Below are positions 28,486 to 38,814 of a DNA stretch of 64,000 bases, in pieces. The stretch is taken from positions 1-64,000 of the IMG/VR virus record IMGVR_UViG_3300045242_000006. One strand, 5' to 3'. The first letter of the stretch is position 1. Every line of letters starts with the position of its first letter. Position numbers and translations under genes: made by a program. This DNA comes from a virus. Under the pieces are notes generated by a model. That model made no database searches. It was not told where the DNA came from and was given only the letters and a program-made list of their open reading frames with translations.

Positions 28486-30836
28486 TATTGCCTCTCTGCT
28501 TGTTGTGATCTAGCTGAACCTAGCATCTTTTTAAGTGCTCCGTCCATCAGGGTTTCGAAGTGTGGAGACAGTTCAGTTGCGAATGTTTGAGCATCCTTAC
28601 CTTCTGGAGCTGTCACTTGAATTGTTAAACTGATTGGTCCAGTTGTTACTGCACCACCAGAACGATCAACTGTACCTGTGTAGGTTGTAGGTTGATCAGT
28701 AGGCATACTACTTCCACCAGTAGCCCAGTCTCCAATAGCACCAGCAGCGTCAGACATAGCACCTGTAATCTTTGGACCCCACCATCTAGCTGGAGCAAAG
28801 AGTGGGTTCTTATCGATCATCACTTCTTTTGGTCCGGGCAGATTAGAGAAGGCTTCTTTAAAGTCTCCACGCATAAGTGCAGCAATACGCTGTACCAAGC
28901 TTTCAATCATTTCAAGTTGCTCTCTCACCTTAGTAAGTGCTGTCAAGAAGATATCATTCATCTTAACGTCTTTAAGGTTGAGCTTATCTAGGACGGGCTG
29001 TGCGGCTTCACCAACATCATCGATAGCTTGTTTTAACCCTTCCCATGCTTGAGAGATTTTATCAATCTCATCTTGAGCACCCGGAGCATCAGCAACCATC
29101 TGACCAAAGACACTCTCACCACCACTGAAGTATGTAATCAAATCATCGAGTGCAAGAGCTACAAGTCCGATAGTTACAAGGAAGCCACCAAATGGGAGCA
29201 TGAACAGTGCCAGACCAGCAGCGAATGTTGCGAGAGCTTCTTTAGACACACCAAGTGCATCAGAGAATTTACCCCAGTTCTCACCAATAGCTCCAACAAT
29301 ACGAATCATCGCGTTAACTGGTAAGATCAGAATTTCGAAAGCTTTACCAAGAGCTTCAACAAGAGGTGCAGCTCGTTCCAAGTTTTCAGAGATTGTCCTG
29401 AAGAAACTTCCCATTCCTTTGTCGAAACCACCTTTGGCAAATAGAACAACAGAATCCTCAAAGGCGTTGTTCATTCTACCTTGGGCAACACGTGTTGTTT
29501 CCAAAGATTTGGCGTAAGCATTGTTCTTATCAGCTAATGCTTCCATAAGCTTACCAAGTTCTGGTAAGATTTTCTTAGGGTCAGCATTACCTTTCTTCAT
29601 CAGGTCGCCAAACTCAGCTACAGTGCCCTTCTTTGTCATCCCGGCATTCTTAGCAGCTTCAGCCAGCAATGCCATACCATTGGGCATACGTTCAGAGAAT
29701 TGTTGACGAGCTTCTTCAGATTGAATCTTGTCTTTACCAAACATCTGGCTCAGAGCAACCATCGAACCCTTCATAGCTTCTTTGTCAAGACCGTGTACAG
29801 TACCATATTTCATGATACCACGGAACATATCCTGAGTACCTTTAACACCAATTGACGGTGCAGCAGACTGATAGATACTGGAGAACTGCGGAGCAACATC
29901 ACGGAAGTTCAAACCTTGTTCTTTGGCAAGGTTGTTTACGAAGTTTTTGTTGGAGTTGAACTTCTCTTCATTACCGGAAACAGCCTCCAAGCTGTTAGAG
30001 GCAGCCACAACCCTCTGGTTGATATTGTTCATGCGGTCAAGAGCGAACGCAGCTCCTAGACCCGGTAGGGCGCCTCTAGCGAAGCCTTCCATAGCAGACA
30101 ACCCACGATGAGTTTGTGACCTGCCATGCCCAGTTGTACCACTAGATCCACCAACGTGTGAATTTCTGTCTCTTGTTGCACCAACACGGATCTTGAATTC
30201 AGAGCTAGCGATAGCCGCTCTAATCTCATCTACAAGATGTTGCTTATCAACCTTCAGTCTAACTTGTGGATCAGCAATACGGAGCTTCAATGGACCCATG
30301 TTGTTTTGGGCTTGTTTCAAAGCACGGCGAAGCTTAATAATAAACTGTGTTACGTTGAGGTGGCCTTCAACCTGAATCCTTTGACGTTTACCGACAGCAG
30401 CTAACTCAGTCTTCAATTCTCTTTCGAGTTGGTTAAGACCAAGCTTAACAGGAAGTGTAAGCTGCATTTGACCAAGCAGGGTTTTAATGAATCTCTTCTG
30501 TTCAACAAGCTTGCCAATATCAACTTTAACATTGTTTAGGTTGATGGTTGTTTTGTTGAGGTATTCCTGAATACGCCTGCCTTGATGTACAAGCGCTTCT
30601 TGGGAGATGTCAACATTAGTTAGGCTGATTTTAGTTTTGGTTGCTCTCTCAATCTGTCCACGAAGAGACTTACTGTCCAGACTCACCTTAACTGTAAATT
30701 TTTTGTTGGCTAGAGTGGAAAGCTCCCTCAGCATGGTCAACACGCCACCGAGCTTCTTCTCAAATGTAGCCAATGGACGGTTGTCAACTTGGAATACAAG
30801 TTTACCCGTTAGGCGAGCGATTTCCTCATTAAGCAT
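28485..30836 (-). CDS. tape measure protein
   Basis: Long helical protein with ALSQMFGKDKIQSEE..QQFSER tape-measure motif and a TM segment. Confidence 0.88.
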   Translation of the reverse strand: MLNEEIARLTGKLVFQVDNRPLATFEKKLGGVLTMLRELSTLANKKFTVKVSLDSKSLRGQIERATKTKISLTNVDISQEALVHQGRRIQEYLNKTTINLNNVKVDIGKLVEQKRFIKTLLGQMQLTLPVKLGLNQLERELKTELAAVGKRQRIQVEGHLNVTQFIIKLRRALKQAQNNMGPLKLRIADPQVRLKVDKQHLVDEIRAAIASSEFKIRVGATRDRNSHVGGSSGTTGHGRSQTHRGLSAMEGFARGALPGLGAAFALDRMNNINQRVVAASNSLEAVSGNEEKFNSNKNFVNNLAKEQGLNFRDVAPQFSSIYQSAAPSIGVKGTQDMFRGIMKYGTVHGLDKEAMKGSMVALSQMFGKDKIQSEEARQQFSERMPNGMALLAEAAKNAGMTKKGTVAEFGDLMKKGNADPKKILPELGKLMEALADKNNAYAKSLETTRVAQGRMNNAFEDSVVLFAKGGFDKGMGSFFRTISENLERAAPLVEALGKAFEILILPVNAMIRIVGAIGENWGKFSDALGVSKEALATFAAGLALFMLPFGGFLVTIGLVALALDDLITYFSGGESVFGQMVADAPGAQDEIDKISQAWEGLKQAIDDVGEAAQPVLDKLNLKDVKMNDIFLTALTKVREQLEMIESLVQRIAALMRGDFKEAFSNLPGPKEVMIDKNPLFAPARWWGPKITGAMSDAAGAIGDWATGGSSMPTDQPTTYTGTVDRSGGAVTTGPISLTIQVTAPEGKDAQTFATELSPHFETLMDGALKKMLGSARSQQAERQ

Positions 30837-30849
30837 ATAGCCTCACTTG

Positions 30850-31074
30850 TTATTGATTTTGTCTCGCTTCTTGTTCTCTCTGGAGACGTGCAACATCATC
30901 CATTTCAAATTTGACATCGAGCAATTCTAGTATGTTGTAAATGTCCTCTACGTTGCAGACGGTTTGCAATTCAACATAGGTGGGGAGTCCTCTGATTTCA
31001 CTTGTGATGATACGGAAGATTTCCCAATCCTGTGTGTAGCCTTCCTCGACCTTCTTCAATCGAGGATGTACCAT
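30850..31074 (-). CDS. tail assembly chaperone, frameshift extension (gpT-like)
   Basis: Lies in the -1 frame of the upstream chaperone; reachable via GGTTTTT with no intervening stop. Confidence 0.7.
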   Translation of the reverse strand: MVHPRLKKVEEGYTQDWEIFRIITSEIRGLPTYVELQTVCNVEDIYNILELLDVKFEMDDVARLQREQEARQNQ

Positions 31075-31094
31075 CTGTGGTTCCGCGTTAGAGT

Positions 31095-31454
31095 TTACAG
31101 GACGCCGGAACCTAGCATCTGAAAAACCGATCCGTAGTTAAACTCCACAATTTCTTTAACAAGAAGGAACAGTTTATCGTACTCACCAGCAAATTCAGAG
31201 TTGAAGTTGATAGCCATATTACCTTTAGTAGCAGATGTCACAAGTGCAATCACCAAAGCTTCAGCGTTATCATCTAGGTTTTCAAACAGGATGTTCAAAG
31301 CCTTAGCAACACTGGCTTCTTCTCCTTGCAGTACAGCGAAAGCAGGACCAAGAGTTTTGATCAGTTGCTTACCAAGCTTCAGTCCAGTCATGCCCGGCAG
31401 TTGAGTCAACAGGTAGGCTTGTCCGTTTACGAAAACCTCTTTTTGTTCGATCAT
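31095..31454 (-). CDS. tail assembly chaperone (gpG-like)
   Basis: Position between tube genes and tape measure; slippery site near its end. Confidence 0.75.
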   Translation of the reverse strand: MIEQKEVFVNGQAYLLTQLPGMTGLKLGKQLIKTLGPAFAVLQGEEASVAKALNILFENLDDNAEALVIALVTSATKGNMAINFNSEFAGEYDKLFLLVKEIVEFNYGSVFQMLGSGVL

Positions 31455-31469
31455 TATTTATCTCCTAAG

Positions 31470-32003
31470 TTATTTAAAGAATCCAGCGATACTATCAAGA
31501 CCATTGTTGACAATACCTTCAGCACTACTAAGTGCACCAGATAGAATGTCCGTGATGTCAATTCCGTTAGAGGCGTTACCACCAATGTTCCCAGAATTTT
31601 TAACGAACGATAGAATTTCGATATGCCACTTGCGAGTTGAGATTCCTTCAGCATTAAAAGAAAGCTCTGGGAATGTGGCAATGTAAGCATCAGTTGTTGT
31701 GAAGCGAGATGTACCAGATGTGTCCTTGAGCATCACTTCAAGGCGGCCCGCATGCTCGGAGGCATCTTGTAGGACGATGTCTGTAAACACATCATTGGCG
31801 ACAGACGTTGGAAGAACTTCCAGAATAAGTGTGGCTTGTCTATCTGGTTGATAGATCCTTGTGTGGACGCCACGAATCCCTTTACGAAGGGTGAAGACAG
31901 AAGATCGCCATTCAAGTTTGACGCTAACAAGGCCGGGAATTATATACCCGCAAACGACAATAGTAACACTACTTGGATCATACGTCAAGACTGAACCAGA
32001 CAT
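31470..32003 (-). CDS. tail tube-like structural protein
   Basis: TYDPSSVTIVVCG N-terminus paralogous to the two upstream genes. Confidence 0.65.
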   Translation of the reverse strand: MSGSVLTYDPSSVTIVVCGYIIPGLVSVKLEWRSSVFTLRKGIRGVHTRIYQPDRQATLILEVLPTSVANDVFTDIVLQDASEHAGRLEVMLKDTSGTSRFTTTDAYIATFPELSFNAEGISTRKWHIEILSFVKNSGNIGGNASNGIDITDILSGALSSAEGIVNNGLDSIAGFFK

Positions 32004-32012
32004 AAATACTCC

Positions 32013-32522
32013 TTAAATAATTTGGAAGGTTTTTAGGACTGGCAGGACAGATGCACCAAGACCGAGAATACTCGAAAGGTCAGAGCCATTATCATCATTA
32101 CCACCAATGTTTACGAGTACATCTGTCGCACAGAATTTCCATGTACGTGTCTCCATTTGATTGGAGAAGCTGACATCAGGTAACTGTTCGATCCAAGCTG
32201 TGGCAGCCATGAACATTGTGCTACCACTTCCATCTTTAATGAACAGTGGGAATTTACCAAGACCTGTCACTTTGTCTACGTTCCAGAAGACAGAGAAGAT
32301 GTCATTGGCACTAGAAGATTGTGCTAGTGTAATTTCTACTTTCCAGCCCGTGTCTGGAGATTTGATACGACTCATAGAGCCATCCATTGCACGAACTGTT
32401 GTAATTTGTTGGGTGTCCTTAGAGATGCGGACGAATGTTCCATCAGCGAAGCCAGTAACGGAGTACAACCCTGCTACTGTAATTGTTACATCACTTGGGG
32501 AATAACTTGCTAGGGTTGACAT
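32013..32522 (-). CDS. tail tube-like structural protein
   Basis: SYSPSDVTITVAG...ITLAQSSSAND. Confidence 0.7.
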   Translation of the reverse strand: MSTLASYSPSDVTITVAGLYSVTGFADGTFVRISKDTQQITTVRAMDGSMSRIKSPDTGWKVEITLAQSSSANDIFSVFWNVDKVTGLGKFPLFIKDGSGSTMFMAATAWIEQLPDVSFSNQMETRTWKFCATDVLVNIGGNDDNGSDLSSILGLGASVLPVLKTFQII

Positions 32523-32542
32523 TATACTAACCTCCTGAAATG

Positions 32543-32571
32543 AAAAAGGGGCCGCCACGAATGGAAGCCCC
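32543..32571 (-). terminator. intrinsic terminator
   Basis: GGGGC...GCCCCTTTTT on the minus strand. Confidence 0.6.
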
Positions 32572-32604
32572 TAACGAATGTATTACTTCAGCGAGCTTGT
32601 GAGC

Positions 32605-33129
32605 TTACTGTTGAAGCCACTTAGCGGCAATAGAACCACCCAGTGTTTCAAGTGTGTTCTGATCTTCTGGACTCAGGATTGCGTTACCACCAGCGTAACC
32701 ATCAAGGTTGAAAGCTTGGATAGCCCAATCTCTATGGTTCATACTGTTAGAGAACGAGGCCGAAGGACGGACACCAACATACGCATCATCAGAGAAGTAG
32801 ATAGAACGACCAGACGAATCTTTCACTTGGATAGAGAACAGACCAGCAGAATTACGTCCATCATTATTAAACAACTGAGAGAGTACGTCGTTAGAAGCAG
32901 AAGTTTGTTGCAGGGCGATTGTCAACGTAGCAGAGTTACTTGCGTTGTAGACACGTGTCCCTGTGTTGTCAGCACCAGTGTACAGTGCGTAGCGAGGGTG
33001 CGACCATTCGATGTTAACGATGGAGTCCTCAGTGTACCCACTAATCTGGTGGGCAATGCCAGTGCTCGGCTGTGTGATGATAATACTAACATCATTTGGA
33101 GCATACGTAGCAAGACGTTGTGTAGTCAT
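32605..33129 (-). CDS. major tail tube protein
   Basis: Follows the sheath gene; TYAPNDV...LQQTSASND. Confidence 0.75.
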   Translation of the reverse strand: MTTQRLATYAPNDVSIIITQPSTGIAHQISGYTEDSIVNIEWSHPRYALYTGADNTGTRVYNASNSATLTIALQQTSASNDVLSQLFNNDGRNSAGLFSIQVKDSSGRSIYFSDDAYVGVRPSASFSNSMNHRDWAIQAFNLDGYAGGNAILSPEDQNTLETLGGSIAAKWLQQ

Positions 33130-33159
33130 TTGATTCTCCTAGTTAGGGAATTACTGTCC

Positions 33160-34443
33160 TTAGACAGTAACGGTCCCTGCGATTTTAACGAAGTGGATAG
33201 CACCTGCCAAACGGGCTTCAAATGTAATACCTTCGAAGATACGTTGTGCACGAGTGTTAGTAGACATGCTCAGAACATCTGGAACTTCAACAGTTGGAGC
33301 TGGAGAAGGAGCAAGACCACCAACGCGGATACCATCGTTAAGTTGAGCACGAATCTCAGCTTCGATGATAGCAGCACCAGCCGCTGTGTAAGGGATTTTC
33401 TTGCTGTTAACCATACGGCTCCACAGACGTTCTTTCATACGCTGTTCTAGCCAGTCTACGAAGATCATAACGTCGATCCACTCACCACCAAACATCTTGG
33501 CACCAATAGTGCTGTTCAATCCACCAACAGTTTCGTAGGTAGTGCCAGCTTTGGTTTGGATGTTTTTAGATTCAGTATCAGACAGACTCGAAACAGTAAC
33601 ACCGCTAAGAGCTTTGTAGGCCCAAGTGTTAGAGCCCGGTTGTTCTTGTAGTTGGTAGCCAACCCAAGCCGCTTCAGGGTACTGAGCATCAGCTGTGGCG
33701 CTGTATAGACCAAAGGTACGTTGATACCCAAGAGCTTGCAGTTTAGAGAACACATCTGTTGTTGCAGTTGTTTTGATTGTAGGGTCTTGAGAAGAGGTAG
33801 CGAAAACTTTCTTCATACCTTCAATCTGACCAGCTACAGCAAGGATGTCTGCATCTACGTGGGATTCAATCATAACGGCATACCAAGTGTTGTTCACTAC
33901 GGTGATGGCATTGATTACGTCAACCCAAGATTCTGTCGATGGGGCGTTAGAGTAAGACATGTTTGCAGTGACTTTAAGAGAGTAGCCAACAGCAGACGCA
34001 ACAGTCAGAGTGCCGTCAAGGTTGTCAGTAACAGTCACACCAGTGATTGGAGTAACGTTATAGGCAGTCTTGATACCAGCAGCAATTGTAATGGTAGTTG
34101 GAGAACCTGTAGCAACATACGTGAACGGCACGTCATCGATTGTCAGTGTGTATGTCCCAGTGGTAGCGCTGCTGATGTTTACAGTAGAGCTTGGAACCAG
34201 ACGACGACCAATTACGATCTGAGCTGGTGTCAATGTTTGACCGAACAAACGTTGAGCAGCAATGTAAGCAGTGTCAGTTGGAGCAAAGTCATTTGCAACA
34301 GCAAGGAGACTAGAGTAAGAACGAGCACGTTCGGCAAACTTAGTGTGAGCAGAGACGAACAGAGGCACGTTGAAGTTTGTTTGAGCAACAGCAGCAGTTT
34401 CGCGGCTGATGTTGATTTCAATAATATCCGTAAGAACGGTCAT
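33160..34443 (-). CDS. tail sheath protein (DUF3383-like)
   Basis: TWAYKALSGV, GEWID...DWL, KIPYT and LAGAIH. Confidence 0.88.
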   Translation of the reverse strand: MTVLTDIIEINISRETAAVAQTNFNVPLFVSAHTKFAERARSYSSLLAVANDFAPTDTAYIAAQRLFGQTLTPAQIVIGRRLVPSSTVNISSATTGTYTLTIDDVPFTYVATGSPTTITIAAGIKTAYNVTPITGVTVTDNLDGTLTVASAVGYSLKVTANMSYSNAPSTESWVDVINAITVVNNTWYAVMIESHVDADILAVAGQIEGMKKVFATSSQDPTIKTTATTDVFSKLQALGYQRTFGLYSATADAQYPEAAWVGYQLQEQPGSNTWAYKALSGVTVSSLSDTESKNIQTKAGTTYETVGGLNSTIGAKMFGGEWIDVMIFVDWLEQRMKERLWSRMVNSKKIPYTAAGAAIIEAEIRAQLNDGIRVGGLAPSPAPTVEVPDVLSMSTNTRAQRIFEGITFEARLAGAIHFVKIAGTVTV

Positions 34444-34453
34444 ACGTTATCTC

Positions 34454-35023
34454 CTAAATAGGTAGAGTGATTTCAAATTGAGTCGTGATTGTATAATCAG
34501 GTGGCTCGTTTGCATCGTGATAAACACCGTTGCCTTTGATAGCAGTGGTGTATTCTTGTTCTGTTGTAACAGACGCTGTGTACGCAAAGATGCAATCAAG
34601 TTGATAGATCATGTACATATCAGTTTCCCGTTTCAACGGTAGCCTACGCAACGTGGTTTTGTTGTAGAGGCTCAGCCTATTGCTAGCCTGTAACTCATAA
34701 CCAGTTGGCGACCTCAACTCATATTGAAGCTGTTGTGCCATTTCGGCTACAGAGGTTTGATCATCGTATTTACCAATGAACTCAAATCGAACAGTTGCTT
34801 CATTATCTTGAGTTGTAGTTTGAATCAGTTTCATTCCATCCTCCCCAATGGTTGGGACAGAACTATACTCACGGCCACATGGGTGCAGCTTCCTAACATC
34901 AATAACCATGTAAGGGTTTACTGGTTCAGCAGCGTTCGTATATGCAAACAGAATGTTCCAATCAGGATGCAATTCGCTCACAATGTTGTACAGAGAGTCT
35001 TCTAGGTCTTGATAAATATTCAT
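34454..35023 (-). CDS. neck/tail terminator protein
   Basis: Synteny immediately upstream of the sheath gene. Confidence 0.65.
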   Translation of the reverse strand: MNIYQDLEDSLYNIVSELHPDWNILFAYTNAAEPVNPYMVIDVRKLHPCGREYSSVPTIGEDGMKLIQTTTQDNEATVRFEFIGKYDDQTSVAEMAQQLQYELRSPTGYELQASNRLSLYNKTTLRRLPLKRETDMYMIYQLDCIFAYTASVTTEQEYTTAIKGNGVYHDANEPPDYTITTQFEITLPI

Positions 35024-35391
35024 CAGGTCAATTCCACTCTTGTGCACAGTGCTTTATAGTGGTTGAGGATTCCCATATCGTATTCAATGACTTTCATAAC
35101 TTCATACAGCTCACCTTTCCAGTAGAAACGATCAGCGGAATATCCGTTAACTCCTTCTTTCAGCTGTCTGATTTCAGCACCCTTGGAATACACTTTAAGT
35201 GTTGCACGTGAGCGGTCAGCTTCTGGAAGTAGGTAAGTGTCTGTGGATTTCAACACCGGTTGAACATTGCATTCAACAGGAACAATACTCTCAGCTCCGG
35301 GGCTTGGACGCCCACGAACGATTATCTCTGCTTCGCGGCGGATAATCTCAAGCGTTGTGTGCCCAGTTAGGAGCAATGGTGGATTTCTCAT
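35023..35391 (-). CDS. head closure protein
   Basis: NVQP...LLPE..R and ADRFYWKGELYEV. Confidence 0.7.
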   Translation of the reverse strand: MRNPPLLLTGHTTLEIIRREAEIIVRGRPSPGAESIVPVECNVQPVLKSTDTYLLPEADRSRATLKVYSKGAEIRQLKEGVNGYSADRFYWKGELYEVMKVIEYDMGILNHYKALCTRVELT

Positions 35392-35401
35392 TTAACACTC
35401 C

Positions 35402-35866
35402 TTATGGGATGATTTCGAATTGAACCGATTGAAGCATCAAGCTTGTGTCGATTAGTGGTGTATCTCTTCCGCCTTTAGATTTAATTGTAGAGGCACTGTT
35501 ACCTCCAGCAGCAGCGTACTGGTGGATACTATATCTCATCATTTCAGCAGATATCTCTCCGAGGGTTTTGAGTTCAGCCATAGGCGACCCACCTTTTAAT
35601 ACCTTCTCAAAGATCTTAGCCATAGTCGATGCCATGAATAGTTGATTCGCTTTATCAGAGAATGTATCACTCATGAATGGTCGTTCTGGGTTGAAGCTAG
35701 TACCGAACTCGTTGTATGCAGCAACTGTAGCTACAGGCAAGTTATGATTCTCTGAGCCATATCGACTTTCTTCAAAGAAACCAACTTCGACTTCCATACC
35801 ATTTAATTTGTCCAGCCTCTTTATGAGAGCTGGGATTTTTGTTTCGTACTTAATACTGAAGCCCAT
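35402..35866 (-). CDS. tail completion/neck protein
   Basis: NEFGT..PERPFM and PLIDT motifs. Confidence 0.75.
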   Translation of the reverse strand: MGFSIKYETKIPALIKRLDKLNGMEVEVGFFEESRYGSENHNLPVATVAAYNEFGTSFNPERPFMSDTFSDKANQLFMASTMAKIFEKVLKGGSPMAELKTLGEISAEMMRYSIHQYAAAGGNSASTIKSKGGRDTPLIDTSLMLQSVQFEIIP

Positions 35867-36332
35867 GTCCACCACCTGTACTATGGCAATTCAACGTTTC
35901 ATAGTTGTACTGCCAGTTACCACAGCCAAGGCGGAGGTGGTTACGTTCAGTGGCGATAATAACAGAATTATTATCAACGTTGATTCTGTTGGCGTGCATC
36001 TCTGATCTAGAGATACCACCAGCATAAGGCATAGCCGCACTGATTGCAGCGTTTGGATCTTTCAGCATCAGTCTCAAGGCTTCGTAGTAATGAGTGAAGA
36101 TATCACCACCATATACTTCGATATCACCTGTACGTTCACGTGTGTAGCGAGACAGAGTAAACATCAAAGACCTTGCAGCATCTAGTGTTGCACGGTTTTC
36201 ATTGCCTTTATATTTGTCGATGAAGTATTGATAATCTTCATCATGCAGCAGTTCCATATCAGGCCAGATATCACCAACGTTCAAACGAACTCTGTCAGTG
36301 GCAGACCCTGATGGGTTATTTGAATATGGCAT
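35850..36332 (-). CDS. head-tail adaptor
   Basis: DRVRLNVGD...L.DE and PYAGGIS. Confidence 0.7.
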   Translation of the reverse strand: MPYSNNPSGSATDRVRLNVGDIWPDMELLHDEDYQYFIDKYKGNENRATLDAARSLMFTLSRYTRERTGDIEVYGGDIFTHYYEALRLMLKDPNAAISAAMPYAGGISRSEMHANRINVDNNSVIIATERNHLRLGCGNWQYNYETLNCHSTGGGHGLQY

Positions 36333-36349
36333 TCTAGGCTCCTAAGCAA

Positions 36350-36380
36350 AGAATGGGGAGCTGTGAAAAGCTCCCCATTT
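36350..36380 (-). terminator. terminator after the major capsid gene
   Basis: AATGGGGAGCT...AGCTCCCCATT inverted repeat. Confidence 0.75.
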
Positions 36381-36383
36381 CAA

Positions 36384-37436
36384 TTAGGCACCAACGATGC
36401 CTTTGATAACCAACTGCGGACGACGCATAACGTTGAGGAAGTTGGACTCAGTTTGGATTTCGATCATCTGACCACGGTTATCACCGAACTCGAAAGCGTA
36501 CAGCTCTTGACCTTGAGTGTTAACATAGTCGAAGTGATCTGCTGGACCGAAGTATTGAACGAAGTTATCACCCATATCGGTTGGCAGGAAGTAAGCTTCA
36601 CCTGTTGGGATGTAGCGAACGCCTTCTGGAGACACACCACGGTATTCTACGTAGGTGATGTTACCGATTGTGAATTCACGGTAACGAGCATCGTAGCCCT
36701 TGGATTGCAGACGATCACGAAGGATCTGTGGAGACTGCTGGTAGGCCAGCCATAGAGCTTTAACGCTTGGGTGAGTGATCAGCTTGCTGAAGAACTCTGG
36801 AGAAGCGATAGCCCAGATATCACCACGAACGCTACCATCACGAGCGTTATCTTGCATTGCTGCGAAGACTAGTTCAGTTTTGGCGATGATGTCGGTTGTA
36901 GCTGTGTTCAGTTCGAAGTCTACTACTACGCGAGACGCACCGAACTCAGTGTACCAGTCGTAGCTCACGTTGCCGTTAGGGGCGTATGCTTGACCAGTTG
37001 TAATTGTGTGCCACAGAGCTGTTTCGTGAGTAGCAGCCCAAGACTTACGGATTACTTCAAGCTTACGTGCACGCACGGCAGCCAGAGTTTCCAGTTCATC
37101 TACACCGAATGCACGCTTACCTTGGATATCACGTGGAGTGATAGAAGCATCAAGTGTGAAGTGTGGAATGGAGAAGGCAGACATTTTGCGAGTTGGATCG
37201 CTAACTACGGTGTGACGAGCGCCACGGTGAACGTCTTTAATCAGACCGTAACCAGCTGTGATTTCTTCAATAGTGATTGTCTCTTGGTTTGTGGTATCTT
37301 TTTCGAAGATTCCCAGTTGTTCACCAAGGAACCAACTGTTAGGGACGATCAGCAATGGAGCCGACAGGTCTGTGTATTCATAGTTGTTGTTACCAAAACT
37401 ACGAGTAGCCTGCTTAGCAAGTTGTACTTGAGACAT
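36384..37436 (-). CDS. major capsid protein (lambda gpE-like)
   Basis: Size and position; C-terminal FGPAD...VNTQG...TESNFL...RP. Confidence 0.9.
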   Translation of the reverse strand: MSQVQLAKQATRSFGNNNYEYTDLSAPLLIVPNSWFLGEQLGIFEKDTTNQETITIEEITAGYGLIKDVHRGARHTVVSDPTRKMSAFSIPHFTLDASITPRDIQGKRAFGVDELETLAAVRARKLEVIRKSWAATHETALWHTITTGQAYAPNGNVSYDWYTEFGASRVVVDFELNTATTDIIAKTELVFAAMQDNARDGSVRGDIWAIASPEFFSKLITHPSVKALWLAYQQSPQILRDRLQSKGYDARYREFTIGNITYVEYRGVSPEGVRYIPTGEAYFLPTDMGDNFVQYFGPADHFDYVNTQGQELYAFEFGDNRGQMIEIQTESNFLNVMRRPQLVIKGIVGA

Positions 37437-37461
37437 TAGTGTTCTCCTGTGTTATTGTGGA

Positions 37462-37839
37462 TTAGTAGGTAATCTGATCAACTGCGAAGATATTCTTCAG
37501 AGCCAGTTTATCAGTAGCGGTTTTACGTTGAGCGTCAGTAGTAACGTCAGATCCGAAAACCAATTTAGCCTTACCTACTTTCGCATGACCACGGGCCAGC
37601 ACCAATACTTTTGTGTATTCAGCAGCAGACGGACGAGTCAGGTCGTCGATAAGAATGTAAGTAGCGTCAGCCAGAGTAGCAGCAACAACTAGAGCACCAG
37701 TGCTGTCAAGAACAGAACCTGTGATCGTTGCGTTTACAGCAGACTTCGCCAACACTTCACGTGTTACGCCAGTACCCGGTTCGTCTTCAAAGAACAACCA
37801 GTTACTCAGACGTTGTACATCAGCAGCATATTGTGCCAT
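37462..37839 (-). CDS. head decoration protein
   Basis: 125 aa directly upstream of the capsid gene; VLARG motif. Confidence 0.7.
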   Translation of the reverse strand: MAQYAADVQRLSNWLFFEDEPGTGVTREVLAKSAVNATITGSVLDSTGALVVAATLADATYILIDDLTRPSAAEYTKVLVLARGHAKVGKAKLVFGSDVTTDAQRKTATDKLALKNIFAVDQITY

Positions 37840-37863
37840 TATGTGTATCTCCTATAAGATAAA

Positions 37864-38814
37864 TTATTTAACGCCGTAACGGGCTTTAAGAATTGCAGTG
37901 GTACGATCAACTTCTTCTTTCGATTCAGCGCCTGCACCAGCAATACCGGTTTCAGTCATCAGGTCGGAATTATCAACGGCAGAAGCCATTGCTTTTAGCA
38001 GATCAACTTGGACACCAAACGATTCGTCATCAAGTGCGGCCAAAGATTTTAGAACAGCTTCCAGTTTTTCAGCAGGAACTTTTGCAGCTGTGAGTTCAGA
38101 TTTACGAACTTCAACTTTAGCAGCAACAGCAATAGCTTCGAACTCGGCCAGTTTGTCGTGGGCAGCTTTCAACAGAACAGCCTGTTCAGCAAACGCGGCT
38201 TTCTCGATAGCAACAGCAGCATCAACTGCTTTAGTGATTTCTTCTTGCAATTTAATTACTCCAGAATGTTTGTGTTCGAACATTTTCTTCAAGTGTTCTA
38301 CAGTGGAAGGGTTTGTTGTGCAGGACTTGACCAGTGTATAAACACCTTCTTCAAGTTTATCCTCTGCATCATCAGACAACATAATGTCGCCATTTGTTTC
38401 TGTATATGTTACAGAAGCTGTAACAGGAGTGGCGATGTCGCCAAGTGTTGCTACAGTCCCATTGTCGCTGATCTTATACGTTGCAACGAACAAGCCGTCT
38501 TGCGTACAGAACACAACAGTAGTATCGTCAAAGTCTTCTACGTAAGCGTATTCATCCCAATCGTCGCCACCGAACTGATCAGTTACAGCAGACTGGAGTA
38601 CATTACGAATCTGGCCGTAGAAAGCAGCCTTTACGACATTACCCTCAAGGCCAAGACCTTCAAGAGCTTTTTCAATTGCTTCAGACATTTCAGCACTTTT
38701 CATAAGCAGAGAGATATTACGACCGTTGGCCGCACCACCTTGCAGTTCATTGTGTGTCATTGCCAGATGCGGGGTGACTTTTTCGTCGTCTTCAGATTTG
38801 ATTACGAGTCCCAT
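37864..38814 (-). CDS. capsid scaffold protein
   Basis: A/E/K-rich helical C-terminal half; between protease and decoration genes. Confidence 0.65.
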   Translation of the reverse strand: MGLVIKSEDDEKVTPHLAMTHNELQGGAANGRNISLLMKSAEMSEAIEKALEGLGLEGNVVKAAFYGQIRNVLQSAVTDQFGGDDWDEYAYVEDFDDTTVVFCTQDGLFVATYKISDNGTVATLGDIATPVTASVTYTETNGDIMLSDDAEDKLEEGVYTLVKSCTTNPSTVEHLKKMFEHKHSGVIKLQEEITKAVDAAVAIEKAAFAEQAVLLKAAHDKLAEFEAIAVAAKVEVRKSELTAAKVPAEKLEAVLKSLAALDDESFGVQVDLLKAMASAVDNSDLMTETGIAGAGAESKEEVDRTTAILKARYGVK

